Notes under the pieces: model-generated
Told to the model about the DNA's origin: nothing
Database searches by the model: none
Seen by the model: the letters and a program-made list of their open reading frames with translations, nothing else
Position numbers and translations under genes: made by a program
Virus record (IMG/VR): IMGVR_UViG_3300027743_000001
Span: 1 to 64,000 of that record
Origin: a virus
Strand: one strand, 5' to 3'
DNA length: 64,000 bases
Shown: in pieces, positions 9,256-19,768 of the stretch
Layout: the number at the start of each line of letters is the position of its first letter
Numbering within the stretch: position 1 is the first letter of the stretch

Positions 9256-9530
9256 TAGCCGGCCGCCTGCCGCTTGCGGTACCTACTCCGCCCGGTCCCG
9301 TTGGTCTGGCCATCCTTGCCGGCGAACTCCCGCTCGATCAGGCCCCTGCGGGCCAACCGCCAGAGTCTGGTGGCTGCCTCGTGGGTCGGGATCGCGAGCA
9401 CCTCAGCGACCTCTACAGGGCGCATCCCGCTGGAGGCCCTCCGCTTGTTCAGGAGTTGGACGATCAGCCGGTCCCGCTCAGCCCGGATCTCTGGAGTCTC
9501 CGGGGGCTTCTTGGGCTTGATCTTCTGCAT
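9255..9530 (-). CDS. winged helix-turn-helix DNA-binding protein
   Basis: MRPVEVAEVLAIPTHEAATRLWRLARRGLIER; TACGCT -10 seven nt before ATG 9530. Confidence 0.75.
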   Translation of the reverse strand: MQKIKPKKPPETPEIRAERDRLIVQLLNKRRASSGMRPVEVAEVLAIPTHEAATRLWRLARRGLIEREFAGKDGQTNGTGRSRYRKRQAAG

Positions 9531-9554
9531 GGACGACAGCGTACTATACTCCGC

Positions 9555-10100
9555 ATGATTACTGGTGATGCTGCGAAGGATGCGCTCATTGTGGCGGCCC
9601 GAAAGGTGCACGCCGAACAGATGGCCGTAAGCGGAGGGATCCACGGCGCGAACATCACCGTCGACCCGGCCCTTTACCTAGCCGCCTGGCAGAATGGTCG
9701 GCTGAAGGTTGAGAAGGTGGAGATCCCCGGGGCCATGTGGGACAACGTCACCCCAGACTTCGTGATCAACTCCCTGTTCCCAAAGGACGGCGCCGACCAG
9801 CTGGTCGGCTTCATTGGAGCGCTGTTCACTGGTGAGGTCGTCCTGGTTGACAAGACGCGCAAGGCCGACCCGGACCTTCCTCCCGGCGTGCTGCCCATGA
9901 CTACTGTCTCCGGCCGGTTGACAATGGCCGTGCTCGCGGCGGACGACGTCCAGGTCGGGTTGTTGGAGCAGGAAGGAGAGCCCGCCCCGACCATCTTCAC
10001 CGAGATGGGGAAGTTCGGCCCTGTGGGGAAGGCTCTCCTGTCGTTCTCTCACCGGATCGTTGACGCCGCCGGTAAGTCAGACCCGTTCAGCCCGCTCTAG
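9555..10100 (+). CDS. hypothetical protein
   Basis: TATACT just before ATG 9555 (leaderless); divergent from the wHTH gene. Confidence 0.65.
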   Translation: MITGDAAKDALIVAARKVHAEQMAVSGGIHGANITVDPALYLAAWQNGRLKVEKVEIPGAMWDNVTPDFVINSLFPKDGADQLVGFIGALFTGEVVLVDKTRKADPDLPPGVLPMTTVSGRLTMAVLAADDVQVGLLEQEGEPAPTIFTEMGKFGPVGKALLSFSHRIVDAAGKSDPFSPL

Positions 10101-10969
10101 ACGGCATTCAGCCCGATCGCGAAACCGATCGCACCCCCGATGAGCAGCGCGGCCAGAACGACCATTGCCAGCATGCTGCGAAGGGTCGCGTTGGTGGCCG
10201 AGAGCCCGGCCGTGCTGGCATTCAGGGAGTTCAGGTTGGCGATCACAGCCGGCGCGAACTCGTTCGCCAGGTAACCCGTGCGGTTGAAGGTGGTCCACGT
10301 AGCTCCGGCCGCCGTGTAGCTGCTGCCTGCCGGGTCCACGTCGTATTGCCAGACATCCTTAGCGCTCACGTCGTCATCTCCCTCATCTCCCTGACCCCAC
10401 TGTCCTCTGTCGGTAACCTCGGACTCATTCTTATCGCAGTCAGCGCCTGCGATATAGACCCCGTTCAGCACCTGCTTGACGTGGTTCCCGGGATACCAGC
10501 TGCCATAGCTCCAAGCGTATGTCTGCCAGAACCACTCGCACCAGCCAGCGCTGGCAGCCTCTTCCACCGCGCGGTAGCTGCCATAGATCCCCAGCCGGTT
10601 GCGCGGCAGTACGCTGGCCAGGCCATCGAAGTAGCTCTTGGCCGTAGGAAGTTGGTTGGGCTGGATGTCAAAGTCAACCGAGAAGTAGATCGGCCGATTC
10701 TCCGGCATCCCCAGCGCCCGCGCTTGCCTGATAGCCTCCTGCGCATCCGACCGACCGCCGTCGTAACCTCGCATGGAGTCGTGGGTATCCCACTCCCAGT
10801 TACAGATGATCGACAGACCAGCCGCAATCAGGGAGTTCTTCTCGCTGGTGCCTATGTTCTTGCCGCTCGTATCCCAGGACAGATACCGCAGGACGTAGCG
10901 ATAGCCGAGCCGGTACAGCTCGTTGGGATCAGGCCGCCCCCATGAGTAGTCAACTCCATGTACGGTCAT
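10097..10969 (-). CDS. endolysin, DUF1906/GH25-like glycoside hydrolase with C-terminal TM helix
   Basis: GVDYS, RYVLRYLS, PIYFSVDFD, LGIYGS, WFWQTYAWSYG; ends in MLAMVVLAALLIGGAIGFAIGL. Confidence 0.85.
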   Translation of the reverse strand: MTVHGVDYSWGRPDPNELYRLGYRYVLRYLSWDTSGKNIGTSEKNSLIAAGLSIICNWEWDTHDSMRGYDGGRSDAQEAIRQARALGMPENRPIYFSVDFDIQPNQLPTAKSYFDGLASVLPRNRLGIYGSYRAVEEAASAGWCEWFWQTYAWSYGSWYPGNHVKQVLNGVYIAGADCDKNESEVTDRGQWGQGDEGDDDVSAKDVWQYDVDPAGSSYTAAGATWTTFNRTGYLANEFAPAVIANLNSLNASTAGLSATNATLRSMLAMVVLAALLIGGAIGFAIGLNAV

Positions 10970-10981
10970 GCTTCTCCCTCC

Positions 10982-13216
10982 TTACTCCTTACTCTCACCC
11001 TTAGGCGGTTGAGCTTTCTTGGCCGCCGGGGGAGTCGCCTTCTTGGCTGCCGCCGGGGACTCGATGGGCGCTCCCTGCGTAGCCTTCTTGGCTGGTGGCT
11101 TGGGCTTGGGCTCGTCGTCCAGCGGGTAAGGCCCCGGCGTCTCGTCCGGCTCCACCTCGGCGATGATCGGGAATTCGTCGACAGGGAACTCGTCTTCACT
11201 GACCGGTGCACTCTCGGTTCCTGCTGCTCCAGCAGCCGTGTAGGTGATCTGTAGAGCGCCAGACCTAGAACCGTCTGCATTCTCTACGAATACGTACCCT
11301 GTGCCGGGACCAGTCACGAGTGATCCGGGGATCGTTGCAGTTGCCTGACCCGCATTCACTGGAGTGGTAACCAGAGCCTGATCCTTGGCGTTATTTTGCC
11401 CCGAGTTAGTGGCGTAGATCTTAGGAGTGATGAACCCTGACCCGTTGACAGTCAGTGGCACAGCTGCACCTGCAACCGCCGTTGTCGGTGCCACGCTCGT
11501 CGCAGTCGGGGAGTTGGCACTGCCGACTACAACCGGAATGGTAGCCACGTTGCCGCCGGAGTCCGTCACCGTAATGGTGTAGGAGCCGGGTGCCGCGTAA
11601 GTTTGAGAAGTCCCAAGCGAAGCGACAAAGGGAGGGAAGGTGTCGAGACTGCCCCCGTCCCCCCAGTCGACAGTGTGCTGACCTCCAGTCATGTCCAAGC
11701 CGCCTGCATAGATCTGCACAAACAACCCAGCGCCCCACCAGGTTGTCTCAATGCTGCTCACCGGAGCGGACCCCGGAACGGTGAAGTTAGCCTCTCCCCA
11801 CGCTCCAGTGGAGTCCGTAGCCCGCACTGTGTAGTCGCCAGCCTCCGCGTAGGTGTGCGTCGCGGGGGTCGTGCCGTTGGCTGCCGTGGTAGAAGTGCCG
11901 TCACCCCACTCGTAGGTGACCGCTCCAGTGGAGAACTGGGAAGTTGCCGAGATGTTGAGCGGAGTGACCGTGCCTGCCACCTTGAGCCCCGTCACCACCA
12001 GCTCCACAGACTTCAGTGTGGCTCCCGGCGTAGGCGTGCCGCCCGTGCCGCTGTTGATCAGCGAAACGGTGTAGGTGCCAGGAGCGGCGTACGTGAACTG
12101 CGGCGCCGACCCGGGCGTGGTGCATGCCTGGCCGCCGGCCGCGCCGAAGTCGTAGCAGTAGTGCGGAGCCATGTTCGACGACAGCTGCGCCTTGAGGCTG
12201 CCCAAGCTAGACACGTTGAACGTCACGTTGGTGTCCGTGCTCTCAGTACCCTTTGAGCCTCCGACGTCCGTAGCCGTGATGACGTACTGGCCAAGCACCG
12301 CGTACGTGTGCGTGGTCGGCGTGGTCCCGTTGGGAGCCACTGTGTCAGTGGTGTTGTCACCCCAGTCGTAGGTCACCGCGCCGGTAGCGTTCGGGGCCGT
12401 CACCGTCACCGTCAGTCCAGTCTGGACCACATCAAGGGTCATGAGGATCAGCGACGGGTCGATGGGACCGAGCCGGACCGCCGCGCAGGGAGCGAAGTCG
12501 ATGGCCGCGATCTCGTTGGCCTGAATCATGGTGTGATTCTGCTGAGCGTTCAAGATCAGTCCGGACGTGTCAACCGGGGTGATGCGGATCTTGACAGGCC
12601 CGGTGAACCACAGCCACGGCACAACGCGGGGGTCGTTCAGCGGGAAGGGGTTGGAGTAGCCGGTGGAGGAGACCACCACGTCACCCCAGACCGAGACCAG
12701 CTCGCCCTTGGCATCCGTCGTCAGGATGCCCAGCTGAACGAGCTTAGGCACGTGATCCGGAGCCACGTGCATCCACGGAGCCTCGCCAACCACCGAGCTG
12801 GTCCACATCTCCCGCGCGTTGGAGATCGCCGCGACCCAGTCCGCGTCGGTGGCGTTCTCCGGGTCGGTCGGGAGCGGAGCCTCTCGCATACCCCCGAGCC
12901 AGGTCTCCGAGTCGCCGGTGGGCTGCATGATGAATGCTCGCCCGAGAGCGCGTTCGTTGGCGTCCTTCAGCGCGGCGTTGAGCCAGGTCGGGTCATCCTC
13001 CCGGTAGCAAAACGTACTGCGAAACATCTCCGCTACGATGCCGAACGGGGCCACGAAATACACTGCGTTGTCTTCGCCTGTGATGATGTTGCTGTTTTCC
13101 TCTTCACAGGCATCAGCGAGGTACACGTTTGTGTCGCACTCCCGCGCAGTAGCTTCGTACCCAATCATCCAGTTGCCCTCAGACACCTGCACGTCGGCCG
13201 CGTCAAGAAGTCTCAT
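10982..13216 (-). CDS. virion structural protein with several PKD/Ig-like domains (minor capsid/decoration-like)
   Basis: Repeated YDWGD/YEWGDG/VDWGDG...HTYAxxGxYT PKD motifs, IPT-like domain, Pro/Ala/Lys tail. Confidence 0.75.
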   Translation of the reverse strand: MRLLDAADVQVSEGNWMIGYEATARECDTNVYLADACEEENSNIITGEDNAVYFVAPFGIVAEMFRSTFCYREDDPTWLNAALKDANERALGRAFIMQPTGDSETWLGGMREAPLPTDPENATDADWVAAISNAREMWTSSVVGEAPWMHVAPDHVPKLVQLGILTTDAKGELVSVWGDVVVSSTGYSNPFPLNDPRVVPWLWFTGPVKIRITPVDTSGLILNAQQNHTMIQANEIAAIDFAPCAAVRLGPIDPSLILMTLDVVQTGLTVTVTAPNATGAVTYDWGDNTTDTVAPNGTTPTTHTYAVLGQYVITATDVGGSKGTESTDTNVTFNVSSLGSLKAQLSSNMAPHYCYDFGAAGGQACTTPGSAPQFTYAAPGTYTVSLINSGTGGTPTPGATLKSVELVVTGLKVAGTVTPLNISATSQFSTGAVTYEWGDGTSTTAANGTTPATHTYAEAGDYTVRATDSTGAWGEANFTVPGSAPVSSIETTWWGAGLFVQIYAGGLDMTGGQHTVDWGDGGSLDTFPPFVASLGTSQTYAAPGSYTITVTDSGGNVATIPVVVGSANSPTATSVAPTTAVAGAAVPLTVNGSGFITPKIYATNSGQNNAKDQALVTTPVNAGQATATIPGSLVTGPGTGYVFVENADGSRSGALQITYTAAGAAGTESAPVSEDEFPVDEFPIIAEVEPDETPGPYPLDDEPKPKPPAKKATQGAPIESPAAAKKATPPAAKKAQPPKGESKE

Positions 13217-13229
13217 ATCCTCTCTCCTG

Positions 13230-13949
13230 TCAACTTGTGTAGCTGGCCGTGAGCTGGCCCTGGTTGGTGACGGCAGTCTGGATAACCGTTTCGTATAGGT
13301 CTGAGTGTAAGCCGATTCCTACCGCCGTAGCGTCACTAAATGCCTGCGCCCATGCGATGGGGAGAGGGATGACTGTGAGCACGCCAGAAGGGATGTAAGG
13401 GGTGAAAATCCTCGATAAGCTCACATACGAGCCGGGTGCACTAGGGCTGACCCCTACCGGCAGCAGGTCCAACGCCAGGGATCCCCTGTCAAAGTTCTGA
13501 AACGTCTGGATCTTGATGTTGAAGCCGGTCAGCAGCCTGCCAGCCAGCCCGGTGCCGAAGGCCGGAGGGTAGAACAGTGCCGCGTTCTGTGCCCCGCCCA
13601 CCGGGATGTTGGTGGCCACCGTCCATTGGCTAGTCTGCTCGTTATAGCCGGCCGAGCTGGCGGGGGTGGTAGACGTGGGGGTGATGACTGGAGCTACCGG
13701 AGCGGCAACCATAGTCACCTTGCTCAGCAGCATCATGCCGCGAGTTTCCATGACCATGGCTTCTGCGTAGTCCCCCACAACCGGGGTGTAGTTGGACAGG
13801 TAGGTGACTCCGGGCACCGAGTCCCCACCAAATTGCAGTTGAACCGTAGCCGTCCGGTTGACCGTGTCAACCGCCGCCACGTACACCCGGATGACCCTGA
13901 TAGGGGTATCCTTCTGGAGCACCTGTGCCAAGTCATAAGACATGTCCAC
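13230..13949 (-). CDS. minor tail protein
   Basis: N-terminal YLSNYTPVVGD OB-fold spike-like pattern; position after hub gene. Confidence 0.7.
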   Translation of the reverse strand: MDMSYDLAQVLQKDTPIRVIRVYVAAVDTVNRTATVQLQFGGDSVPGVTYLSNYTPVVGDYAEAMVMETRGMMLLSKVTMVAAPVAPVITPTSTTPASSAGYNEQTSQWTVATNIPVGGAQNAALFYPPAFGTGLAGRLLTGFNIKIQTFQNFDRGSLALDLLPVGVSPSAPGSYVSLSRIFTPYIPSGVLTVIPLPIAWAQAFSDATAVGIGLHSDLYETVIQTAVTNQGQLTASYTS

Positions 13950-15071
13950 TCACCCGGCCTCAGCTTCAGTGTCTGTCTTGGTGGCTAGGGTCTCCATGCT
14001 GCTGGATCCCCCTGACAGGGGAGTGGTGATACTTTGAATGATGTGAATTTCCGGCTGTCCGTCCTCTAAGGTAAGTTCGAAAGCGTCTCCAGCCTCCGGG
14101 TACACGAGCGGGAGCAGCTCCAGAGACACCTTACGATTCTGTGCCAGGGCCATGGCTAGTGCGTTCTGCGCAGCGATCTGGCACTGGAGAGTAGTTCGGA
14201 AGAACTGGCTCACTATGAAGGTGGGCACCATCCCGAACGGTCCACCCCATTCCGTAGGAGAGCCTGCCGTGCTGTCATACGCTGTATAGGACACGGGAGC
14301 GATAGCTGAGTCCGTGGGATCGGTAGTAGCGACCACGGCGTTATACACCGTCGCGCGGTCGGACTCGCTGGTTGGCATTATGACAGCTCCACCCTCCCCC
14401 ACTTTGAGTGTGAAAGCCGGGCCGGAGTTAGAGAAGTTGGGGATGTCCCGGATGATGAACCGACCAGACCAGTCCACGAACACCTCAGCGTTGATGGACT
14501 TTGCCAGGGAATCAACGGCATCCCAGCGCTCTCGATCCCACGGTGCCCTGAGAAGCACTCTTCTGTCCTCTGAGGACATCGCTACTACCTCAGCATTAGG
14601 CAGGATCTCGTTTATCAAACCTGCTATAGAGGCTGTAGTCATGGCTCCATACTGAGGCGCCCTAGGGGCAAGGAAGCGTCCATCGATGATGTAGTTCTCC
14701 AGACCCACTCCCTTGATGGGAACCGTGCCCCGGCTGGTCGTGCGGCTGATGGATTCAACCCGGAACTCTCCCAGCTGCAGCAGCTCAGTGAACCCTATCG
14801 AGCTGACTCCCCGGAACACCCGGAACCGGCACGTGAGCGGGTCTATGTTCAGATTTTCCCACGTGTTCAGCGCCACCTCGAAGTCGCATGACAACCGAGA
14901 GTTGCTACCCCGGTCACTGGTCAGCGAGCCGCCAGTGAACTTGATGTCCTCGGCCACTAGGTCATACTCCAGCGCAGGCCCATTCTTGCGCATCCGGTAG
15001 ACGTCGATCTTAGTGAAGTAGGTGTGCGACAGCAGCACCGCTTCTCGGAACATCGGGCTCACAGGGATCAT
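13950..15071 (-). CDS. minor tail protein (baseplate hub/Tal-like)
   Basis: Start MIPVSPMFREAV coupled to upstream gene; ERWDAVDSLA, VYNAVVA, GGPFGMVP. Confidence 0.8.
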   Translation of the reverse strand: MIPVSPMFREAVLLSHTYFTKIDVYRMRKNGPALEYDLVAEDIKFTGGSLTSDRGSNSRLSCDFEVALNTWENLNIDPLTCRFRVFRGVSSIGFTELLQLGEFRVESISRTTSRGTVPIKGVGLENYIIDGRFLAPRAPQYGAMTTASIAGLINEILPNAEVVAMSSEDRRVLLRAPWDRERWDAVDSLAKSINAEVFVDWSGRFIIRDIPNFSNSGPAFTLKVGEGGAVIMPTSESDRATVYNAVVATTDPTDSAIAPVSYTAYDSTAGSPTEWGGPFGMVPTFIVSQFFRTTLQCQIAAQNALAMALAQNRKVSLELLPLVYPEAGDAFELTLEDGQPEIHIIQSITTPLSGGSSSMETLATKTDTEAEAG

Positions 15072-16807
15072 GACACTGTCTCCGGCTCTGTCCCCTGTGG
15101 AGGCATTGGGATGAGATCCCAGGCAACGGCCGACTGAACTGTGGGCAACCCGTGGATTGTTGGCCTGGTTATGAACGGCACCGTGCCCCGTGTCCGAGCC
15201 GTCACACCACTTCCCGGAACAGTGACGTCCAGCCAGGACCCCGACTGAGCCAGCTCCAGCCAGCCCCCGGGAGCATCCTTGACATCCTGCCAATCCGGAA
15301 GCGTGGTGAGTTCGATCAGACCCAGAGGCGGATCAACCTTGTCGATTGGCACCGCCCACTGGCGTTCTGGTCTCCGGTGGTCTCGACTGATTCTGTTCTC
15401 CACCAGGTCCCCACAGGACATATACCAGTTGTTCTCTGGGTAGCTAGCGTCCGCGTTGCGCATGAAGAGTATTCGACCAGAGCCAAAGAGCCTAAGCAGA
15501 GAGTCCCGGTCTGTCAGTGTGAGTGTCATAAACACCAGGTCTGTCTCCGGGTCCAGCCTCTTGTCCGAGACAGCCACTTGATCCGGCCGGTTGACAATCG
15601 GGTAAAGGTCCCGCCGTGCCGCGTGCGTCAGATTGCCGATGGCGATAAGACCAACCCACATGCCCAGAGCCGGAGCGACGGGATCCTGAAGGAAGACCGG
15701 AGCACATGCCACGATCTCATCACTGAGGTCCGGGCCGAGCAGCTCGCACTCTGCGTAGGACGCAGTGACCGTGGGTCCGTACCATGACACGGCTCCATTA
15801 GCCTCTATCACGATCGTGTCATCGTGGCTGTACTCCTCAGTGTCCGGTGCCACGTAAGCGACGTCGTCTGGATCCGTGTTCCGGTCAATGTAATCAACGA
15901 TGCCCTGGTTGAACGTGCTTCCTACGCCAGCCGCGTCCCCCGCTTGGATGAGCTGCAACTTGTCAAACAGCCACTCAGAGAGTGTGTCGTTCGCACCGCC
16001 GCCATGGGAGAGAGTCAGCGCCGTACCGGCCGGGATAGTGCCAGGGGTGGTGAACTCGGCTGCGAAGTAGTTCCACTTACCTCTCGTATCCGGCCGTATG
16101 CCAAGGATCCTGATGGGAGCTAGGACCACAGCCCCGCCGGGGACCTTCAGGGACACGTGCAAAGAGACGGCTGCAGTCTGCCCGCTAGGAGCGTCAACCA
16201 GAAGGGCTGACCAGTTTATGCCAGTGTCCCCCAGCTGATTCCACGTCTGATCACCAGTTTCGTAGACTGCCTGCCAAATGGTCCCCGGCGGCCCAGTGAA
16301 CTGAACGTTGCCTGTCAACCGGTACTTCTTGTTAGCCACGAACCCAGCCGCTCCGCCTGTGTGGGAGAGCGGGATGGTTGTCATGAGACCCGGCTCCGTA
16401 GCCGCTGACACCAGGGCCATGGTGGGGTCATTGAGCGGCGGCGAGGCTCCCTCCGCGCTGGTCACAAGGTTCAGTGTGTGGGGAGCTACGGGAAGCCAGT
16501 CAGGGCCGGGGGAGTCTGTGTTGAACATAGGGTCAGAGATCAGCTGCCGCTGAATGAACCGACCCCCGGGGATGGACATCAGCATGCGGTAGAACACTGG
16601 CTGGCCGAGAGGCATCTCCGGATCCTCGAACGGGACCAGGCCGCCGGGGTTGACGCCCGTCCGGACCCCGTTCCGGATGGTCACCCAGGATGACGCCACG
16701 CTTGGCTGGAGTGACCTCTGCACGGTCACCGTGGTGTTCGAGAACCAAACGTCACCGGTCAGGATGGCTACGCCCCTGCTCGCGTCGATGTTGCATTCCA
16801 GTGGCAT
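15068..16807 (-). CDS. minor tail protein (distal tail-like with inserted beta-sandwich/CBM)
   Basis: First gene after tape measure; FEDPEMPLGQPVFYR. Confidence 0.7.
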   Translation of the reverse strand: MPLECNIDASRGVAILTGDVWFSNTTVTVQRSLQPSVASSWVTIRNGVRTGVNPGGLVPFEDPEMPLGQPVFYRMLMSIPGGRFIQRQLISDPMFNTDSPGPDWLPVAPHTLNLVTSAEGASPPLNDPTMALVSAATEPGLMTTIPLSHTGGAAGFVANKKYRLTGNVQFTGPPGTIWQAVYETGDQTWNQLGDTGINWSALLVDAPSGQTAAVSLHVSLKVPGGAVVLAPIRILGIRPDTRGKWNYFAAEFTTPGTIPAGTALTLSHGGGANDTLSEWLFDKLQLIQAGDAAGVGSTFNQGIVDYIDRNTDPDDVAYVAPDTEEYSHDDTIVIEANGAVSWYGPTVTASYAECELLGPDLSDEIVACAPVFLQDPVAPALGMWVGLIAIGNLTHAARRDLYPIVNRPDQVAVSDKRLDPETDLVFMTLTLTDRDSLLRLFGSGRILFMRNADASYPENNWYMSCGDLVENRISRDHRRPERQWAVPIDKVDPPLGLIELTTLPDWQDVKDAPGGWLELAQSGSWLDVTVPGSGVTARTRGTVPFITRPTIHGLPTVQSAVAWDLIPMPPQGTEPETVS

Positions 16808-16810
16808 GGC

Positions 16811-19753
16811 CTACCTCCGCCCGGTCACGATCTGCTGAGCCAGATTCTCGTTGTTCTCTTCGATCTTGGTCTCTACGATCGCGTCCAGTTTCTCCTGGCC
16901 GATGTAGACGTTGACCGTGGTGGGACCGCCCGAGCCACCAGCGGTTGACAGAGCCTTGACGATCTCCCGGTCTCGCTTAGACAGCCCGTCCTTGTCCAGC
17001 GGCTCCACCCGCTCGGGCCGGCCGGCTTCAGCCAGCAAAGCGACCCTACCGCCGGGGGTGGCAGGCACGACGCCGCCCTTTGCCAGGTGCGAGATCGGGT
17101 TGATCGGGTCGATACTTCCACCCAGCTTGTTGGCTACACCGATGACCTTATTAACTAGCCCGATCACAATGTTGACACCATCGATGACTTTGTTTATCTG
17201 GCTCTTAAGGCCCTCTGTGAGGCTACCCCAGACACCAGATATGGTGCCCCTGACCGTCTCGATGATTCCTGCCACGAAATCGCGTATCCTGCCAAACCAA
17301 TAACTCACTGCGCCCCAGGCAAGTTTCAGCGCTCCTGATATGGTGCCATGGATTTGGTTCCATCTATAGCTAATATAAGCCGAGATGTCCCTGAAGATGC
17401 CTCGGATGTAGTCCCAGATGGGACCGAAAACTGCACGGATTATGGCCCTGATCGCCAGGAGCGCGTTTCTAATTCTGGTGTGGATGGTCTTCCACACTGC
17501 CGACACGTACGCCGAGACAAAGTTGAATATCGTGGTAATGTTTGCCCGGATCTCAGCGAGTCTCGTCTGAACAGCCAGCTTGATCGCGTTGAAGGCCCCA
17601 ACAACGAAGTCCCAAATTGGCTTGACCTTCGAGATGACTGCTAGGCGTGCTGCCTCGAAGGCTATGATCACCACAGCTGTGAACAGCTTTACAACTATTT
17701 CTATGATCTTGAACCCGATCTCAAACAGTTTCCTGATCACATCCATAACGAACGTGACCACAGTGATCACAGGAGCAAAGGCTGCCCGGAAGAACGCATG
17801 TATAGACATGAGTGTGCTGACGATGAAGTCAAAAACGCTCTGGAATGTTGACCTGATGTGGTCCCAGACATCACTAAAGACATCAGAGATGGGCTCCCAG
17901 ATGGCTATGAAGAAGTCAGAGACCTCCTGCCACACGTCCTTGAAGAAGTCAACGATCGACTGCCAGATCTCGTTGATCTTGTCCCGGAATCCCTTGACCT
18001 TCAGGTACAGCACGACCAGGATCGCAATGACGGCTGCCACGGCCAGGATGATCCAGCCGACCACGGGGATGGAGGCCAGGGCTGCGGCTATAGCTGGCCA
18101 GGCGGACAACACTGCTTCCAGTAGCAGCTCCAGCAGGTAGATCCCTAGCCGAGCCAGTGCCCTGCCTAGGCCCCGCAGTAGGAACATGCCGAACTGCTTG
18201 CCAGCATTCAGTGCCATGGTGCCCAGGCTCTTGAACATGTTTTGCAGCGGCTTTGTGATGAAATTCAGCAGTATGGCCGGGAAGCCGAACAGCATCTTGT
18301 TGAGGAGCAAGAAGGTGGCGCCCCACGACAGGATGGTCGGCACAAATGGCACGGTCAACAGGAAACTGACTGCCTGTGCAATGGCGCTAATTGCATTAGC
18401 TGTAGCCCCCAGAGCCCCGCTCTTAGCTAGATCCTGAACTGCCTTGGAGAAGTTCTCGAATGCCCTGCTCCATTCGTCTCCAGTGTTCTCTCCGATGACG
18501 CGGAAGATATCGGCGAACGCAGGAACTACCTCTTCCCTCAGGGTCTTCACGAATCCCAGCGCGCCCTGGTTATCCCCAAAGGACACGCCACCGATCAGCT
18601 TGAAGATGTCCCCGATCAGGCCCCAGGTCTCTTGCGCCAGAGGCAGAGCATCCGCAAAGAATTTCTTGATGGCGTTCTGTCCGGAGACTGAGGCTGTCCA
18701 GTCACGGAAGTTACTGGCCGCTGTCTCGATGCCGGCGAACAGGATATCCCCGGACTCCCGGGCACCCTTGAAGATGTTGAAGAGACCGACTCCGAAGTCA
18801 ACCAGCACGCCGACAGCGCGCTTTGTCAGCTCGAACCACTCGTTGATCTTAGTCGTTAGCGTGCCGTTGGCCTCGGCCGTCTGGGTGGTCACCAGAAGCC
18901 AGTCGCCGATGTCCTTTACCAGCTGTCCGATGAAGTCGGTGACGGGACCGAGGTGGGACAGCAGGATGAGAGCTGCCTCGGCCATCTTGGTGAGGCCCTG
19001 GCCAGCCAGTCCGATGAACTTGTTGTTGTTCGCCAGGACCTTGTTGATGCGCCCGAGATTCTGACCAGTCGTGAGAGCCTTAGTGAAGTTGTTAGCCAGG
19101 TCCCCCACCGTCTTGCCAGTGGCCACGAGCTGCTTGCGAAGGGCCGGCAGAGACTTCCGAAGATTATTGACGGCACTGTTCAGGCCGGGGAGTAGGCCGA
19201 CCTGAACAGCACCGCCGATCTCAGACTTGAGATCCTTGACGTTATTATTGAACTCCTTAAGTGCTTCAGTGTCTTCCTTCAGGGCCAGCTTGATCAACGC
19301 AAGCGTGCTCTTGACAGCAACGAACACGCCAAGGCCAGCTACAAGAGCCCCGCCAAACGCGGCACCCAGGGTCGATGCCAGGGCCACTAGGGAAGCACCC
19401 AGAGCAGCAACGATCTGTAGGCCCCCGGCGATGAGACTAGGGCCAACCGCAAGGAGCCCACCAACTAGCCAGGAGATGAAGAACCCCCTCATCTTCCTGC
19501 GATTCTTGTTGAACCCCTTATTCACATTCTTGGATACATTGTCGGCAACGGTGTTGCCAGCCTGCTGGATGGCCGGGGAGTCCTTGATTCCGTCCCCGAT
19601 ACCGTCTCCCATCTTGCGTCCGAGATCCTCGCTGGCCTTGTTTACGTCCTTACCGACGTCCTTAAATGAGTCCCCAACGGCTTTCTTGATGTCGTCTCCG
19701 ACCTTGTTGGACAGCAGCTTGACCCGGATGAAGGCGGTTCCGACGATTGCCAT
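16811..19753 (-). CDS. tape measure protein
   Basis: 980 aa; MAIVGTAFIRVK start, helical Ala/Gly-rich, W/F periodic repeats, C-terminal HLAKGGVV...EAGRPERVEPL. Confidence 0.93.
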   Translation of the reverse strand: MAIVGTAFIRVKLLSNKVGDDIKKAVGDSFKDVGKDVNKASEDLGRKMGDGIGDGIKDSPAIQQAGNTVADNVSKNVNKGFNKNRRKMRGFFISWLVGGLLAVGPSLIAGGLQIVAALGASLVALASTLGAAFGGALVAGLGVFVAVKSTLALIKLALKEDTEALKEFNNNVKDLKSEIGGAVQVGLLPGLNSAVNNLRKSLPALRKQLVATGKTVGDLANNFTKALTTGQNLGRINKVLANNNKFIGLAGQGLTKMAEAALILLSHLGPVTDFIGQLVKDIGDWLLVTTQTAEANGTLTTKINEWFELTKRAVGVLVDFGVGLFNIFKGARESGDILFAGIETAASNFRDWTASVSGQNAIKKFFADALPLAQETWGLIGDIFKLIGGVSFGDNQGALGFVKTLREEVVPAFADIFRVIGENTGDEWSRAFENFSKAVQDLAKSGALGATANAISAIAQAVSFLLTVPFVPTILSWGATFLLLNKMLFGFPAILLNFITKPLQNMFKSLGTMALNAGKQFGMFLLRGLGRALARLGIYLLELLLEAVLSAWPAIAAALASIPVVGWIILAVAAVIAILVVLYLKVKGFRDKINEIWQSIVDFFKDVWQEVSDFFIAIWEPISDVFSDVWDHIRSTFQSVFDFIVSTLMSIHAFFRAAFAPVITVVTFVMDVIRKLFEIGFKIIEIVVKLFTAVVIIAFEAARLAVISKVKPIWDFVVGAFNAIKLAVQTRLAEIRANITTIFNFVSAYVSAVWKTIHTRIRNALLAIRAIIRAVFGPIWDYIRGIFRDISAYISYRWNQIHGTISGALKLAWGAVSYWFGRIRDFVAGIIETVRGTISGVWGSLTEGLKSQINKVIDGVNIVIGLVNKVIGVANKLGGSIDPINPISHLAKGGVVPATPGGRVALLAEAGRPERVEPLDKDGLSKRDREIVKALSTAGGSGGPTTVNVYIGQEKLDAIVETKIEENNENLAQQIVTGRR

Positions 19754-19768
19754 TTAGGACCCCTCCCC

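Noticed and set aside
13950-15293. ORF-track starts for 13950..15293, 48625..49737, 41835..42296, 9255..9644 and 9381..10100
   Set aside because: These upstream extensions overlap neighbouring genes; downstream starts with coupling or a -10 box (15071, 49185, 42161, 9530, 9555) fit better.
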